A DNA stretch of 64,000 nucleotides, taken from Paramoeba atlantica (Eukaryota; Protista; Discosea). Of the stretch, positions 35,966 through 48,215 are shown piece after piece; position 1 is the first letter of the stretch; every line of letters starts with the position of its first letter. The stretch covers positions 248,001 to 312,000 of the forward strand of contig CDRNVI010000066.1 of assembly GCA_977017575.1 (NCBI GenBank). The letters run 5' to 3'. The notes under the pieces are model-generated. The model ran no database searches and had not been told where the DNA came from. It saw only the letters and a program-made list of their open reading frames with translations. The translations under genes and the position numbers were made by a program.

Positions 35966-37128
35966 ACACCGTCAACATTAAAACATCGTTTCTTTTTCGA
36001 CACCGCGCGCAAATCGATTGATGAGCGAACACTATCCAATAAAGCTCCGGTAGTTTTGCGCAAGTCGAAAGGAGGCATTCCCGATGATAATGGAAGCTCA
36101 AGCCGTACAGCCAAGCATCAGACAGCCAGAATTCAAGCATCAAAAGCTATGAAGACGGAACAAAAACTATTAGCCACCGAGTTACGTAAGGATAGCAGAA
36201 TAGACTCCATACTAGAACGCACAACGACTGCCTTTCGACATCTTCCTTCAACTAGCGGATACGTTAATCCTTACCTTTTCAGATACGCTATCATGTTTAG
36301 ATTAGGCATCAAACCGCCTTCGTTGCCGGATCAAGTGAGTTGCCCTGGATGCGCTGCTCAGATAAAATCAGAGGAAATCCTTCACCACATTGTGGGTTGT
36401 ACAAAGTGTTCTGGAATGAACGCTACACGAAAACACTCATCTCTAGTGCGCTTTCTAGCCGAACTTTGCACAAAAGCAGGCCTCCAGTCCGTCATAGAAC
36501 CTCGCACTTATTCATCCTTCTATTGTACCAAGTGCAAGGCACACGTCTCCGCTGATGCGATTGATAACCATCCGTGCCGCGCACGAAGAATAAGGTCAGG
36601 CCCCGACCTCGGAATTATGTGGCCCCATATGGGTGAAGTACTTTACGACCTCACAGTTGTCCACACCGGTAGCCCAAGCTATCGAAAAATGACAGCTCAG
36701 CTCCTGCAAAATGCTATTGAGAGAAAACAGAAGAAATACGTTGAGAAGGGGGGGATTGATGAAGACTTTTTTCGCTGCATCTCCATGACAGAAGGAGGTT
36801 TCTTACACAGCCATACGAAAAATCTCCTTTCCTGTCTAGCAAAGAAAGCCGAACTTAAAGTCCCTGAAGTACTAGAAGCTTTTCAACTTGAGATTGAAAA
36901 GCTTAATGCATATACAATAGTTGCGCAACTGCGCGATTATCTACCCCGAGCATCGTGGCTGGGTTCACTGCAATCGTAAAGAATCCGTAAAGATTACGAA
37001 TTGGTTACGAATTTTCATTAACTGAAAGAAGAAATGATGTTTTATTTTATTATATTAAAGTTTAAACGTATGCGTCTGGCATACTCCAAATTCCTACAAA
37101 TGCACCACAAATATTTCCATCCATGACC

Positions 37129-37254
37129 TTAAGACCACTTTTTGTTTTAAGACACTTTTTATAAGAACACACTTTTTATAAGAACACACTTTTTATAAGA
37201 ACACACTTTTTATAAGAACACACTTTTTATAAAGAACACACTTTTTATAAGAAC
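37129..37254. repeat. 18-bp minisatellite (AAGAACACACTTTTTAT(A))
   Basis: About five copies plus degenerate TAAGACCACTTTTTGTTT; resembles the 62-64 kb satellite. Confidence 0.85.
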
Positions 37255-38929
37255 TAATGTTCAATAAAATAAAATCATATATTTCGTCTGAACGATTACC
37301 TGACTTTCCGAGTATAATTACTAACACAAGTTTACATTTTTGTCATTGTGATATTTGTCCTTCAGGAAAATAACCATAAAGTAAAGTGCTCAGTTTGCGT
37401 TTACTGGGAAAGATTAGTTGTGTTAATAAAACCGTTTAAGGAAAGATTAGTTACTTAGTCCGCCTATCCAGTTGCAGTGTGGGATCACGTCTCTTAGTTG
37501 GCATACAACTGTGTATGCATTGAATTTTTCAACAACTAGTCGGAAGGCATCGCGTGTGTCTTTAGGATTGAGGTGTGCCCGTGCTGCTAAAACAGAGATG
37601 AAATCCACGGCGAGGGCATCCGACCATAACAGAAGACAAGTAATCTTAATCTCAAATACTAGGTAAATATATATATCGTGTCTCAGATCCGTTTCTCGTT
37701 ATGCTATAAACGCTTCATATCTGAATAAGTTGTTCATATTGATTAACTGAGCGCTTCATCACTTTATCAAATGGGCCCTTGGTACCTTACTCTATAGAAT
37801 GTAAATACTTTGTGAAGGGGCTTAGCCCTCCCACGCTCCGCAGCCGTGGCTGGGGGTTGGTGGGTGGGCTTCGAAAACGTGTAGTACAGTAGTTAGAAAT
37901 GGATAGCCTCTAAACAAATCAATAAAATGTTTTGTTACTACATTAAATGCTTTGATTATAAAGAAGAGCGTACAATGCCCGCCGGCCATATCAGCATATA
38001 ATAGGAAAACATATATAGAAAAAAGCCCTCGCCTAAATTTCTTACCGTAAACTTTTAGAAATCCACGGCGAGGGCATCCGACCATAACAGAAGACAAGTA
38101 ATGTTAATCTCAAATACTAGGTAAATATATATATCGTGTCTCAGATCCGTTTCTCGTTATGCTATAAACGCTTCATATCTGAATAAGTTGTTCATATTGA
38201 TTAACTGAGCGCTTCATCACTTTATCAAATGGGCCCTTGGTACCTTACTCTATAGAATGTAAATACTTTGTGAAGGGGCTTAGCCCTCCCACGCTCCGCA
38301 GCCTCCAACCCGCTCACACGTAACTCTTGAATTCCTTGTCTCGCGTACCATGAGTCTTCAGTCAGTGTCCTCGCTTATAAATATCCTCGGTTGTCGTACA
38401 CAGTATCCTTGCTTATAAAAGGGTATCCTCGCTAGTAAGTAATCTCACTCCGGCTATAATAAGAGAACTTCGGCGAATACTAAGGGAGAAAGTTAGAAGG
38501 TTGACCGGACCTTCGAAATTTCCTGAAACTAAATGAAACTAATAGAAAAACGTTTTTTGTTTTTTTTTTGATGATTCTACATAAAATTTTTTTTTTTTTT
38601 GCAATTAATAAGGGGGGAGAAGTATGAATCGCGGCATTGCCTCTATATTTTGACCCAGTAGACGAACCAAGTAGGTCCATTGGGGGGGGGTATACGAGTT
38701 GAAAACAAGCAATCGAATTAGCAATTTGAAAATTTAGCTTTTTTTTTTTTTTACTAAAAACTAGCAAACAATTCTACCCGAAATCCACCCCTAATCAAAT
38801 CACTCCCGCACCAAAACTAAGACCCGTGACGGCACGTCGGTTAGTGACTTGGTACCCCCCCTTGCCCCCCCCCTTTCTTTTTTTTTTATCTATCTAGAGA
38901 TTATTCACCATCGTGCGCTTAATCAGCGC

Positions 38930-41847
38930 TCAAAACTCGCGACTAATGGGATCCGCTGGATTAAGTTTCGTCGAAATGTAATGGGCTTGAATGCATAGAT
39001 TGCGCTTTTTGGCCCATTCCAACACTTGGCACAGCTCGGGTGCTATTCTGTCAGATTTACATATTCGACGATTTAAAGCTGCCTTGCATGACGTGTTGTC
39101 AACCCATAATTGAAGACACGTGTCACTGTCGAGTTTATCTGCAAATTTCTCTAATGCCAGGCGCACTGCCATGGCTTCAGCTTTGTTTACCTCATAAACG
39201 AGTCCTGGTTCCCATGGACTTCCGACAATATAAACCTCCCTGTATCCAGATAGAGGATTGCTCCCCAACCTTTAGATGATGCATCGGTATACAATTTGTG
39301 TCGTGATGGTAAAAAATCGGGATGTGGAGAAGGATCGACGGGTGCGTTCTTCAATAATTCGTTACGCCACTCTCCTAACTTCGAGCGAATCTTGCCCGGG
39401 AGGTCCACACGGGTATTCGCTACACCCGGAACGCGGTTCAGAAGATTGATCCGGCGTTGACATACCTTTAATGCGAAATGATATTTTGGAATAATGATAC
39501 CTAAAATCGCGGAGCAGTACATGAGGCGCCCCACCGCCGCCTCCAGCTCCACAAACGTCGCACTAAAGAACGAGTCCTCCTGTAGTTTACGCAACACTTT
39601 GGGTCCCAGGCTGACCCTGTGAGTGTCATGGTTATAATGCGCTCCATTGAAAACATACTTCGTCACAGGTAGCGCACCGGCATCTTTGAATTTCGCTCCA
39701 ACACTTTCAGCTCGGCGATCGACCCATGTAGAATATCGCAACGCGTCCCGCGTCGCACAGGCAAATCTAACTCCATCGACGTACACGTCGATATTGCCTT
39801 GATTGAAGGCCCCCGTTTTTTGACAATAATCACCAGATCCAGCTATTGCCGACATAACGGAATGCATGATTTCCGGGGCACATCGATGCCCCATCGGTAA
39901 AACGCACATTTCGTACACTTCGCCCTTTTCATCCAGAAACCGAAACTTTTGGCGACATTCGTGTGGTATCGCGATTTGATAAAAGCCGCAAGTCAGATCT
40001 CTTTTCAGGCCGGAACTTTCTTTCACGCGGTGTAAGTATTTTGAAGGATGCATCAAAGGAACATGTGGTTCGTAATCCTGGAGACGCGTGTTATCGGACT
40101 TCGTCCATGAAATGAATCGTCGCCGCTGGTTTCCTTCATCGTCGGATTCGATAACAGTAAAAGGTATAAGATATTGCATCGATGGCCGAAGTTCAACATC
40201 CTCAGGCGATAACTTGGAAATTACCTTGTATTCCGTTAACAATTTAAAATCGGCTTGAGACAACCCGCTCTTCACAGCAGGGGGTTCGTCAGGCTGAATT
40301 GGTATCCGCAGTAGTTCTTGCCAGACGTCCGTAAGTCTATTTTTAGCGGTCGAAGACATCCATTGACGCACCTTTTCCATATCAAGTGTTGGAACGTTCG
40401 GTTTCACATGTAGTGGAATGGCTAGATCTTGACCCTTCGCCAACTTGGAGCTACATCGCGTGCAAATCAATGAATGCCGTTTCAAATACGGTACCTGTTT
40501 GAAACATTCCTGAACAATGTCGGGAGTCAAAGACCTGGAAGTACTGCGGATACTCGCTGTGTACCCAGCGCTTTTGCTGTTGTAATCTGACTTGCGTTGT
40601 ACCTCAACAGGCTTTCGAGATTGAGATGTTTGGTCAGGTTCTGTATCTCCGACAAGAGTAGGTGGCCGTCGGCCACTTTTTGGAAGAGAAACGTTATCGC
40701 GCCCCGCTTGATAGAGTGGGTGCCATATCCGCTTCCGAGGACGTCTCTTATTTGGTAGTCCATCTCCCTTACAGGAGTTCTGCACAACTTTTGGTTGAAG
40801 GGAAGACCCTCTAGATATCGCGCCAACTGCTCCGTCCCCGGTCCCGTTATCACAGCGTGCATGTATGGACGATAAGGGTTTAGCCTTGTCGCCTTGGTAC
40901 CTCGTCCCCAAAAGATGATTATTTCTTGAGGCGAGATCTTGAGAAATTTCTCTCTGCTTAATTCTGACACTTCCGTCCACCTTGCGGCCGCCTTCCAGCA
41001 GAGCAAGGTCGCCATTGCCTCCGAATTTGTCAATCTGCTGCACAGCTTTATTAGTAGATACGGCGTCAGTGGTTCCATTTGGCGCTGCGATTCCAGCCCT
41101 CCCTGCGCTTGTAGGGCTTTTGCGTACAACTTTAGTGGAGCGTTGCTTCCACTTACGTGCGCGTAAATGGTTTGGAGAGCACGAGTGTACGTCAGACGAG
41201 TTGTTACGGCGATCTGTAGAGATTCGAGGAAGAGAATACAGTTTAAGGCCGTCGGGGGAAGATCCCTTTGAGCGCAAAACTGATGCAGGCGAGCCCATAT
41301 CCGCTCCCTTGTGCACCACGTCGCATTCGCCCACATTGGCAAAACGGCGCGTTGGAGGTCGAGCGCGTGTGTATGCTGGGCATCGATCCCTAGCATTTGA
41401 TTCCTTAATGTTATTCGACGGACTTTCGTTCCTGGTAGTTCGTGTTCTTCCTCTCGTTGGCTCAGTGGCTTCATTCGCTTCGGTCCGGTCGTTCTGACTG
41501 GTGTACCCACCTGTGGTTGACCTTGGGAATACGTCACGAGTAACGGATTCTTGCTTACGTGTGTTTGTGCAACGAGTGTGTGGACATATCTTACCCCGTT
41601 CCAGACATAGGGTTGATATGCAGTTAAGGAAAAGCCTGGTAAGTTCGCCCGCTGTCGCCGCAAGACATGGGCACGAGTAGCAATTTTCGGGGTGGGGAGC
41701 ACTTCCTAGTGAAGCGCTCTTCTTTCGGCACGACCATAGCTCGCCGGAGCCCTCATGCCGCCACTCGCCACCCCCCGATGAAAATCCTGCTGCTTTAAGC
41801 GTGGGCAATTGACGCGTAAATGCCCAGGCATACGACAGTTGTAACAA
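38930..41847 (-). CDS. RT-RNase H (long ORF overlapping YR; frameshift near 39260 in RH)
   Basis: LKRDLTCGFYQI, LPMGHRCAP, VYVDGVRF; RH YTDASSKGWG, then in the next frame NKAEAMA, WVDNTS, NPADPISR. The N-terminal part of the ORF is probably not translated as RT. Confidence 0.85.
40527..41702 (-). CDS. Tyrosine recombinase
   Basis: CWKAAARWTE, GYGTHSIKRGA, LTKH, LLRY: R-H-R-H-Y catalytic set. The start codon is uncertain. Confidence 0.9.
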   Translation of the reverse strand: MLPTPKIATRAHVLRRQRANLPGFSLTAYQPYVWNGVRYVHTLVAQTHVSKNPLLVTYSQGQPQVGTPVRTTGPKRMKPLSQREEEHELPGTKVRRITLRNQMLGIDAQHTHALDLQRAVLPMWANATWCTRERIWARLHQFCAQRDLPPTALNCILFLESLQIAVTTRLTYTRALQTIYAHVSGSNAPLKLYAKALQAQGGLESQRQMEPLTPYLLIKLCSRLTNSEAMATLLCWKAAARWTEVSELSREKFLKISPQEIIIFWGRGTKATRLNPYRPYMHAVITGPGTEQLARYLEGLPFNQKLCRTPVREMDYQIRDVLGSGYGTHSIKRGAITFLFQKVADGHLLLSEIQNLTKHLNLESLLRYNASQITTAKALGTQRVSAVLPGL

Positions 41848-42740
41848 ACTGGAGGCTGAGTAGACCGAATGCGGCGTTTTTGTTTCGAGGTTTCTTCCAT
41901 CATAATCCGGCCGTAAGTGTCCTCAGGATTCTTTACCTGGTGAAGTCTCTGCTGCACTTTTTCAACCGGAGCACCCACGGCGGCCCAATAGTGGTTTCTC
42001 AATTCTTCGATGATGATCTTTGCAATATTGTAAAAGTTTTCGTCTGTCCAATCTTGGAGTTTCCGGGCAGCATAAATCCATTGCACGAGCATCTCAAACA
42101 GTCTTTCCCGAACAAGTGGAGGGTTGAATCGAACCCCAAATTCTTTGGTATCTCGGAGCTCGCGGACCAGCTCGCGGGGTTTAAACTCGTCTTCTGCCTC
42201 AATCCAGGGACCCCACGTTTTAGGTTCGATTGGTGAGAAATTCTTCGGGTCGGATACAGTCATTCTTTCCAGAGAGGGTAGATGTTCAACGCGCTCGCCC
42301 CCAGGCATTTGAGCTTGCACTTTGGCGATCGCCAGCGAGAAATAATCAATATCCGGAAAAGGAAAGCTGTACTCCATATCAGCTTCGTCTTCCCAGCGCG
42401 CCTTCAATTCCGAGCGATCGGGATCGTTGGGATGCTTAAAGTACACTCTGCCGGTTACGGTATATCGTTCGGTCTCATCTCGGTGTCCCCATATCGCCTG
42501 AATCCAGACCTTGTGCCCGCGGGACAGTAGTAATCGCATCTTATGGGCAAATTCGTACTTTGCTTCTTCCGTCATCGGCGGCGGGACCTCATTCTGCAGG
42601 AGGGCCTCAACCTGGTCGGGGTTAAGGGTGCCTCCACGCCTACCACTACGCGGAATCGGGGGTTCGGGAGCCTGAGGCTCAGGGCTGTTGGCTCGAGAGC
42701 GGGATATTGCCCTTGTAACGGCTTGCACGATTCCAGACAT
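41706..42740 (-). CDS. Gag-like protein (344 aa)
   Basis: ATG directly after A1; C-terminal CYNCRMPGHLRVNC knuckle; N-terminus homologous to 52661 and 56506. Confidence 0.88.
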   Translation of the reverse strand: MSGIVQAVTRAISRSRANSPEPQAPEPPIPRSGRRGGTLNPDQVEALLQNEVPPPMTEEAKYEFAHKMRLLLSRGHKVWIQAIWGHRDETERYTVTGRVYFKHPNDPDRSELKARWEDEADMEYSFPFPDIDYFSLAIAKVQAQMPGGERVEHLPSLERMTVSDPKNFSPIEPKTWGPWIEAEDEFKPRELVRELRDTKEFGVRFNPPLVRERLFEMLVQWIYAARKLQDWTDENFYNIAKIIIEELRNHYWAAVGAPVEKVQQRLHQVKNPEDTYGRIMMEETSKQKRRIRSTQPPVCYNCRMPGHLRVNCPRLKQQDFHRGVASGGMRAPASYGRAERRALH

Positions 42741-43848
42741 TCGAAAACGTGTAGTACAGTAGTTAGAAATGGATAGCCTCTAAACAAATCAATAAAATGT
42801 TTTGTTACTACATTAAATGCTTTGATTATAAAGCAGAGCGTACAATGCCCGCCGGCCATATCAGCATATAATAGGAAAACATATATAGAAAAAAAGCCCT
42901 CGCCTAAATTTCTTACCGTAAACTTTTAGAGTCTTTTAGTGTCTTCATGGAGAAGCCCACAATCAGTCACCGCTAAGCATTTGAACGCCTCTGGTTCCAA
43001 ACCATTCTGTTCTACATACTTTTTATTTTTCCTGGCCAGTGCGTTTTCCATTAGTTGTTCAGGGGTGAACTTTGCATTTGACACCGTACAAGTATGTACA
43101 ACAGTTACATCATACAATATCTCTCCCTGGTGAGGCCACATTATTCCCAAGTCAGGACCAGAACGTATCCGACGCGCTCTACACGCATGTCGTTCAGCTG
43201 CATCTGCAGAAATACTTGCCTTGCACTTTGTGCAATAGAATGAAGCATGTACTCGAGGTTCGACCACGTGAGGGATCCCAGCCTTGGTGCATAAATCTGA
43301 AAGCAAACGGATCAGGTGTGTGTTTCTTCGTGGTGTTCATACCTGAACATTGTGCGCAGCCCGCAACATGATGAAGAAGGCCGTTTCCTTCTTGCTGTGA
43401 CCCGCATCCCGGACAATGACAAATCCCTGAGGCTTTCGGGAGTGATATCCCCAATCGCATCATTATGGAATATCGGAAAAGATGGGGATTGATGTAATCA
43501 TTAGTGGAGACCAAGTGTGAATTCGAGTCCTTTGTTCTGCTAATGACTTCACTTAATCGCTACAAACTACAAGGTGACAATTGTAATTTTCCTATACACG
43601 TATTAATCACATATGCTCTTCGGGCATATGACGCGGCAATGAAGGCAAGAACTTGCGTACTGCTTGACCCTTGGTACCGCGTTGAATATCGATGGTGAAA
43701 AATTGAGCTGAAAATGGCTAATTGTAAGATTGTTCTGGTTTGCTTGTGCTCGTTTGTACACGTTTTCTCCTAATTGCAAAAGAGGATAGGTCTCCTACCT
43801 CCATTCGCATAATCCGCGGTTTGGCCTATTCGTGATGTGGATAGATGT

Positions 43849-46816
43849 TTTCTGTACCTTGTTGAATATTTTTCGTTAAACGGTTAACTAATATGTCATC
43901 TCCTCAAGTGAGCGAGCTGATACACAACGATCGAGGAATGAATAAATCACTTTGTGTCAAAAGTAAACCAAAGAAGTTGCGTCGAATCAAAGTGATTAAC
44001 AGCGCAAAAGAGCTCTCAACGACATGGGCAGATCACGAGAATTACGATTTCCCTCCACGACACAAAATTAAGATTAGGAAATCACCAAGTTCAGACTGAG
44101 ACTCTGGCTCGGGCGGTATCTCACCTCCAGATGAACTTCCTTCTGAGGATGAACATACCAGTGCGATGTCAACGGATGGCGATGACCAGGAGGTAATACA
44201 AGAACAGGTATTTTCCAAATCTCCGGATCGTGTGTACGAAATTATCAAAGAATGGGGAAAAGGAAGCACATGTGAAATCCGTTGGGGATTCAACGAGAAA
44301 CAAGTATACGATAGCGTAGGGACGGTGACTAAGAGAACTGTACGTCGAGGGGCGGTAAAGCTCAGAATATCATACAAACCAAAAGATGCTAGTGAAGGTC
44401 CTTCAGGTTTTATCTATCTACCGCAATCTACGAAAATCAAGATTTGGTCAATACGTGAAACGAAAGTCAACAGAATCAAATCTTTAGGGGAGGCTATCGA
44501 ATCTATCGAAGAAAAGCAAAATGAAGCATCCGAATCGATAGAAGTGAGTCGTGATTTAGACCCTCTTCCAAGATTCGCGCAGATCGATCCCTCTTTTTCG
44601 GTGCACGTTGTTGCAATATTTCGTTCGATCGTTAGCGCATATCCGAAAGCCAAAACAGAGTCTGAAAAAACAATTATATGGCACAAACTGTTAAATGCGC
44701 CCCGAGATTCCTTGGCTTCGATTCATCAAAATCTCATTCGGCGCCATAGTTCAGCGAAAACACATAAGAAAGCCGGAATTGACGAGCAGAACTCAAACCT
44801 AAGCGAGAAGGAGCGCTTGGAACAAGACATCGATAGACGTTCAATCAGAAGTGCTTTGCAGGCGGGAAAAGCAAATAACGTTAGAAAGGCCACGCGCATT
44901 TTAGATAACGTATATCGAGAATCCTACCTTACTGCAGAAGAAAAATCTCGGGAACTGAAGAGACTACATCCTAACGGACCTTCCCCGCAAGGTACTGACC
45001 AAGAACTTCCTCGGATCGCAGTAGTGGAAAATTTAGAAGTGCGCCTAGCCACCGAAAAATTATCTCGAGGTGCGTCACCTGGCCCCACTGGATTCAGTGA
45101 AAGTATGCTTCGCCTCTTGGCCGAGGACGAGGAATCGTGCCTCTCCTTGTGTCACATGTTCCGAGATGTAATAAATGGTGAAGTGTCACAATGCGTTCGC
45201 ACGCGCCTTACGCGATGCAGAATGATAGCTTTGGCGAAGCCAAACAATGACATAAGACCTGTAGCGATGGGGGAAACTATTCTTAAGGTCTGTGGTTCTA
45301 TTCTTCTCCAGCGTCACGAATGTGCACTGAAATCTCTCTTCCAGCCGATTCAACGTGGTATTCTACAAAAAAGCGCATGTGAATCAATCGTTCATGAGTT
45401 GATTTCTGAATACGAAGCTGGTAGCACGATTCTCACCGTAGATTTCAAGAACGCATATAACACACCACACCGCACAGCTATTGAACAAGCCCTATTCCAG
45501 TACCCCGTCTTCAAGCACTTCTTGAGAATATTTTATCTAGAATATGGACAGCCATCGGATCTCCTTTTCTTTGCCAATAGCTCACTGTACTCTACAATCG
45601 AAAGTTCATCTGGATTTCGGCAAGGATCAGCATTATCCTCTCTGTATTTTTGCACTTTGCTACAAGGAGCTTTGAAGGAAGTCGCGGATGCGTATCCAGA
45701 AGTCACCTTACGAGCTTATCAGGATGACGTCACAATGAGTTCCAAAAATGAAGCCTCTCTAGAAGTAGCTTTCAAACATTTTCAAGAGCTTACAAAGGAC
45801 CTGAACCTGGAAATAAACTTCCACAAGTGTGAAATCTTTCAAGGATCAAAAGCACAACACTGTAAAGTTTCAGCACTTCGAGAACTGGGAGTTCAGGATT
45901 GCGTGGATACGATCAAAGTGCTTGGAGGCTACATAGGCAGCAATAAAGCAGTCGAACGGAAGCTCCTGGAAAAATTAGAAAAACACAATTGTTTATTCCG
46001 AAGACTCGGTTGCATGGGGCCAAGCAATTTGTCACTTGCTATTCTCAAGCGGTGCACGTTGCCGCGCCACGATTACCACTTGCGAGTGCATAAACCAGGC
46101 GCATCGCTCTCGTTGGCGCAAGAATTCGATAAAGAGATTCGAGGTGTTTTAAAGAGATGGTGTGGGGCGGACGACGACGCTTTGTCATTAGATTCGCTCC
46201 CTTGCAAAATGGGGGGAATAGGCATAACTTCCACGATCCTGAAACATCGTTTCCTTTTCGACCTTTCTCGCAATTCTATTGATGAGCATGTCAAAACCAT
46301 TGAAGCTCCGGTAGAATCAGAGGAAAAACGAAAAGCTAACAAGAACTCAGGGTCGCAGGGAGCGCGCACCAGCATGAAAAAAATGATGAAAAGTGAACAT
46401 GAAAAAGTAGCCGCAGAGCTGAGCGGGAATCCTCGATTCGGGAACATCATGAAAAGATCGCAAGAGTCAAATTACCATCTATTCTCGACCAGCAACTATG
46501 TGAATCCTTACCTATTTAAACAAACCCTCACGATGCGTCTAGCGATAAGACTGGAGAATGCCCCAGAAACCGTTTCGTGCCCAGGATGTGGAACCATTGA
46601 ATCACCGAGCAATATTATTCCACATGTGGCCGGCTGTTCGCGATGTGCAGGAATGAATAGCACAAGGAAACACTCACACATCGTACGGTATTTATCTAAC
46701 TTGTGTGCCAAAGCAGGGCTGCCATGCGCCATTGAGCCTCGTCTTTATTCATCCTTTTTCTGTACAAAGTGCAAATGTTCAATCTCACCCGACGCCGCAG
46801 AAAGACACCCATGTCG
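43849..46816 (+). mobile_element. CRE-clade retrotransposon (copy 3), broken in the RLE region
   Basis: SL remnant 43849-43864, ATG 43893, frameshift near 44095, RT ORF 44166-46816; breaks at HPCR into 18-bp repeats (46817-46861). Confidence 0.9.
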
Positions 46817-47009
46817 CAATAAGGAAAGGTCTTACAGTAAGGAAAGGTCTTACAATAAGGAATTTTTTTTTTCAAATTAGCAATTCTTTTTCTTTCCACA
46901 GATGTATCTTTTTTCTCAGCCCAAAACTAGCAATTTAATCTCCTCTAAGTACATACTACAAATAAGAAAAACAGTAAAAATTAAAACAAGCAATCCATTC
47001 CCAATCCAT

Positions 47010-48098
47010 TCGCGCGTTCAGGACCGGGTCTTTCGACCTCTCCACGGCCTGACTTGTAAACCCTTCCCTTGTTATATGGGAGGGCGCAGGCGCGGGCCTG
47101 TGTCGACAGCGACACGGTCACGAAACAGGATGCTGGCCGACGGGGAGGAGATTCACTACCCGTGTACTACCTCACTTGGGGTACCTAGCCCTCGCGGGCT
47201 AGGCGTGAGTATAGACTCTGTCGACTCGACCAGCATCCCGACCAGCTCTTCATGGGCGCAAACGTGTTCCCGTGCCAAAAGGGGCGCGGTTGACGTTTAC
47301 GAACGTTTACACCTCCGTAGGAGAGAGCGGATCCTCAGGAAGTAAACGAGTAACCATCATGCGCGCCTGAAGGCGCATGAGGGTGACGTTCAGCTCCGTA
47401 AAGATTCTGCTCGTGGCTTCCCCCTCTGTCAATAACCCACACGAGGCATGTGAGAGACGTTCCCCAACTTTGCGGATCACTGCTGAAGCACTGGGGCTCC
47501 AGGCGCCATAGCTTTCGACCACCATGGCCGTAAAGTCACACCCGGCGTCAACGGCTTCCCGGCGCTGCCTACCCTTCTCCATGGAGGAATAATGCTCGGC
47601 AAACGACCCCGCGGTTACCCAGCTAGCATTCCGGACTTTGTCCGTATATTTTAGTTGCTGAGCATGGGTGACCGCGAAGTCAAGCACGATGGGATTCCCC
47701 AAGAAAAGACTGCGCAGGTATACGTCGCCAGGTCTGGTGAGGGCCCCCCCTGAGCCTCTGTTGCCAAGACTTTTCTCCCGTTGTGGGGCCAGTTTGGCTC
47801 TGCTGCAAAGGTCCGTGAACTGATCTGCCACGGCATTGTGCCTCGCGATAATTCCGTTGTCGTGCTTGCAAGACAATGCGTGGTCCCCTTTTGTGTCGAG
47901 TGGAAGAGGGCATTTCGGCATAGGACACTTCCCTTCTTCAGGGTAAACATCGATCCCTAACCACCAACGGGCCAAGGTTCGAAATGCTGTAGGGGTAAAG
48001 GAATACCCCATGTCCTTAGACGGGGTTACAAAAGCCCAGCTGCTTGCCCCTTTACCGCACTGAGATATCCATCGTGCTCGTGTCCGCACATCTGACAT
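47010..48098 (-). mobile_element. 3' fragment of a canonical CRE/Cnl1-type element (knuckle + RLE) with structured 3' UTR
   Basis: FRTLARWWLG, CPMPKC..DHALSC, ARHNAV, RPGDV, VLDFAVTH, VVESYGAW; GC-rich stem-loops at 47010-47300. Confidence 0.85.
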
Positions 48099-48215
48099 TT
48101 CGTATGATTGGGAGAAATCGTGGGCCGCGATCGCGTAGCTGATGTCTCGTTGGCGTGGAATCTTCTTTTCTTTTCCTGTACCTTGTTGAAAACAAACTGT
48201 ACCTTGTTGACTACC

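Larger units (their letters stand above)
32237..37120 (+). mobile_element. Full-length CRE-clade RT-RLE retrotransposon (copy 2), intact except for one insertion
   Basis: SL remnant 32237-32252, ATG 32282. 32282-35004 plus 35980-36979 equals 3723 nt, one in-frame 1240-aa ORF (LTPSTL|KHRFFF) with SVDYTNAYNT, GARQGSALS, AYMDDVT, knuckles and GPDL..YDLTVVH. Confidence 0.93.
37600..42930 (-). mobile_element. Complete VIPER-like tyrosine-recombinase retrotransposon with split direct repeats (5331 bp)
   Basis: Order gag-YR-RT/RH; A1 42741-42930, B1 38058-38303, A2 37871-38059, spacer 37846-37870, B2 37600-37845; shared TC core at both ends and at the B1|A2 junction. Confidence 0.92.
37447..43560 (-). 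mobile_element. 5'-truncated CRE-like RLE fragment split by the complete VIPER-like element
   Basis: 43560-42931 (YINPHLFRY..CPGCG..GPDL..YDVTVVH..LLHEDTKRL) continues at 37599-37447 (ISVLAARAHLNPKDTRDAFRLVVEKFNAYTVVCQLRDVIPHCNWIGGLSN*). Confidence 0.85.

Noticed and set aside
39187-41847. 886-aa ORF taken as a single real protein from its annotated start
   Set aside because: It starts at a non-ATG codon inside gag, and its N-terminal ~440 aa overlap YR in another frame; only the RT part has recognisable motifs, so the true start or frameshift site is unknown.
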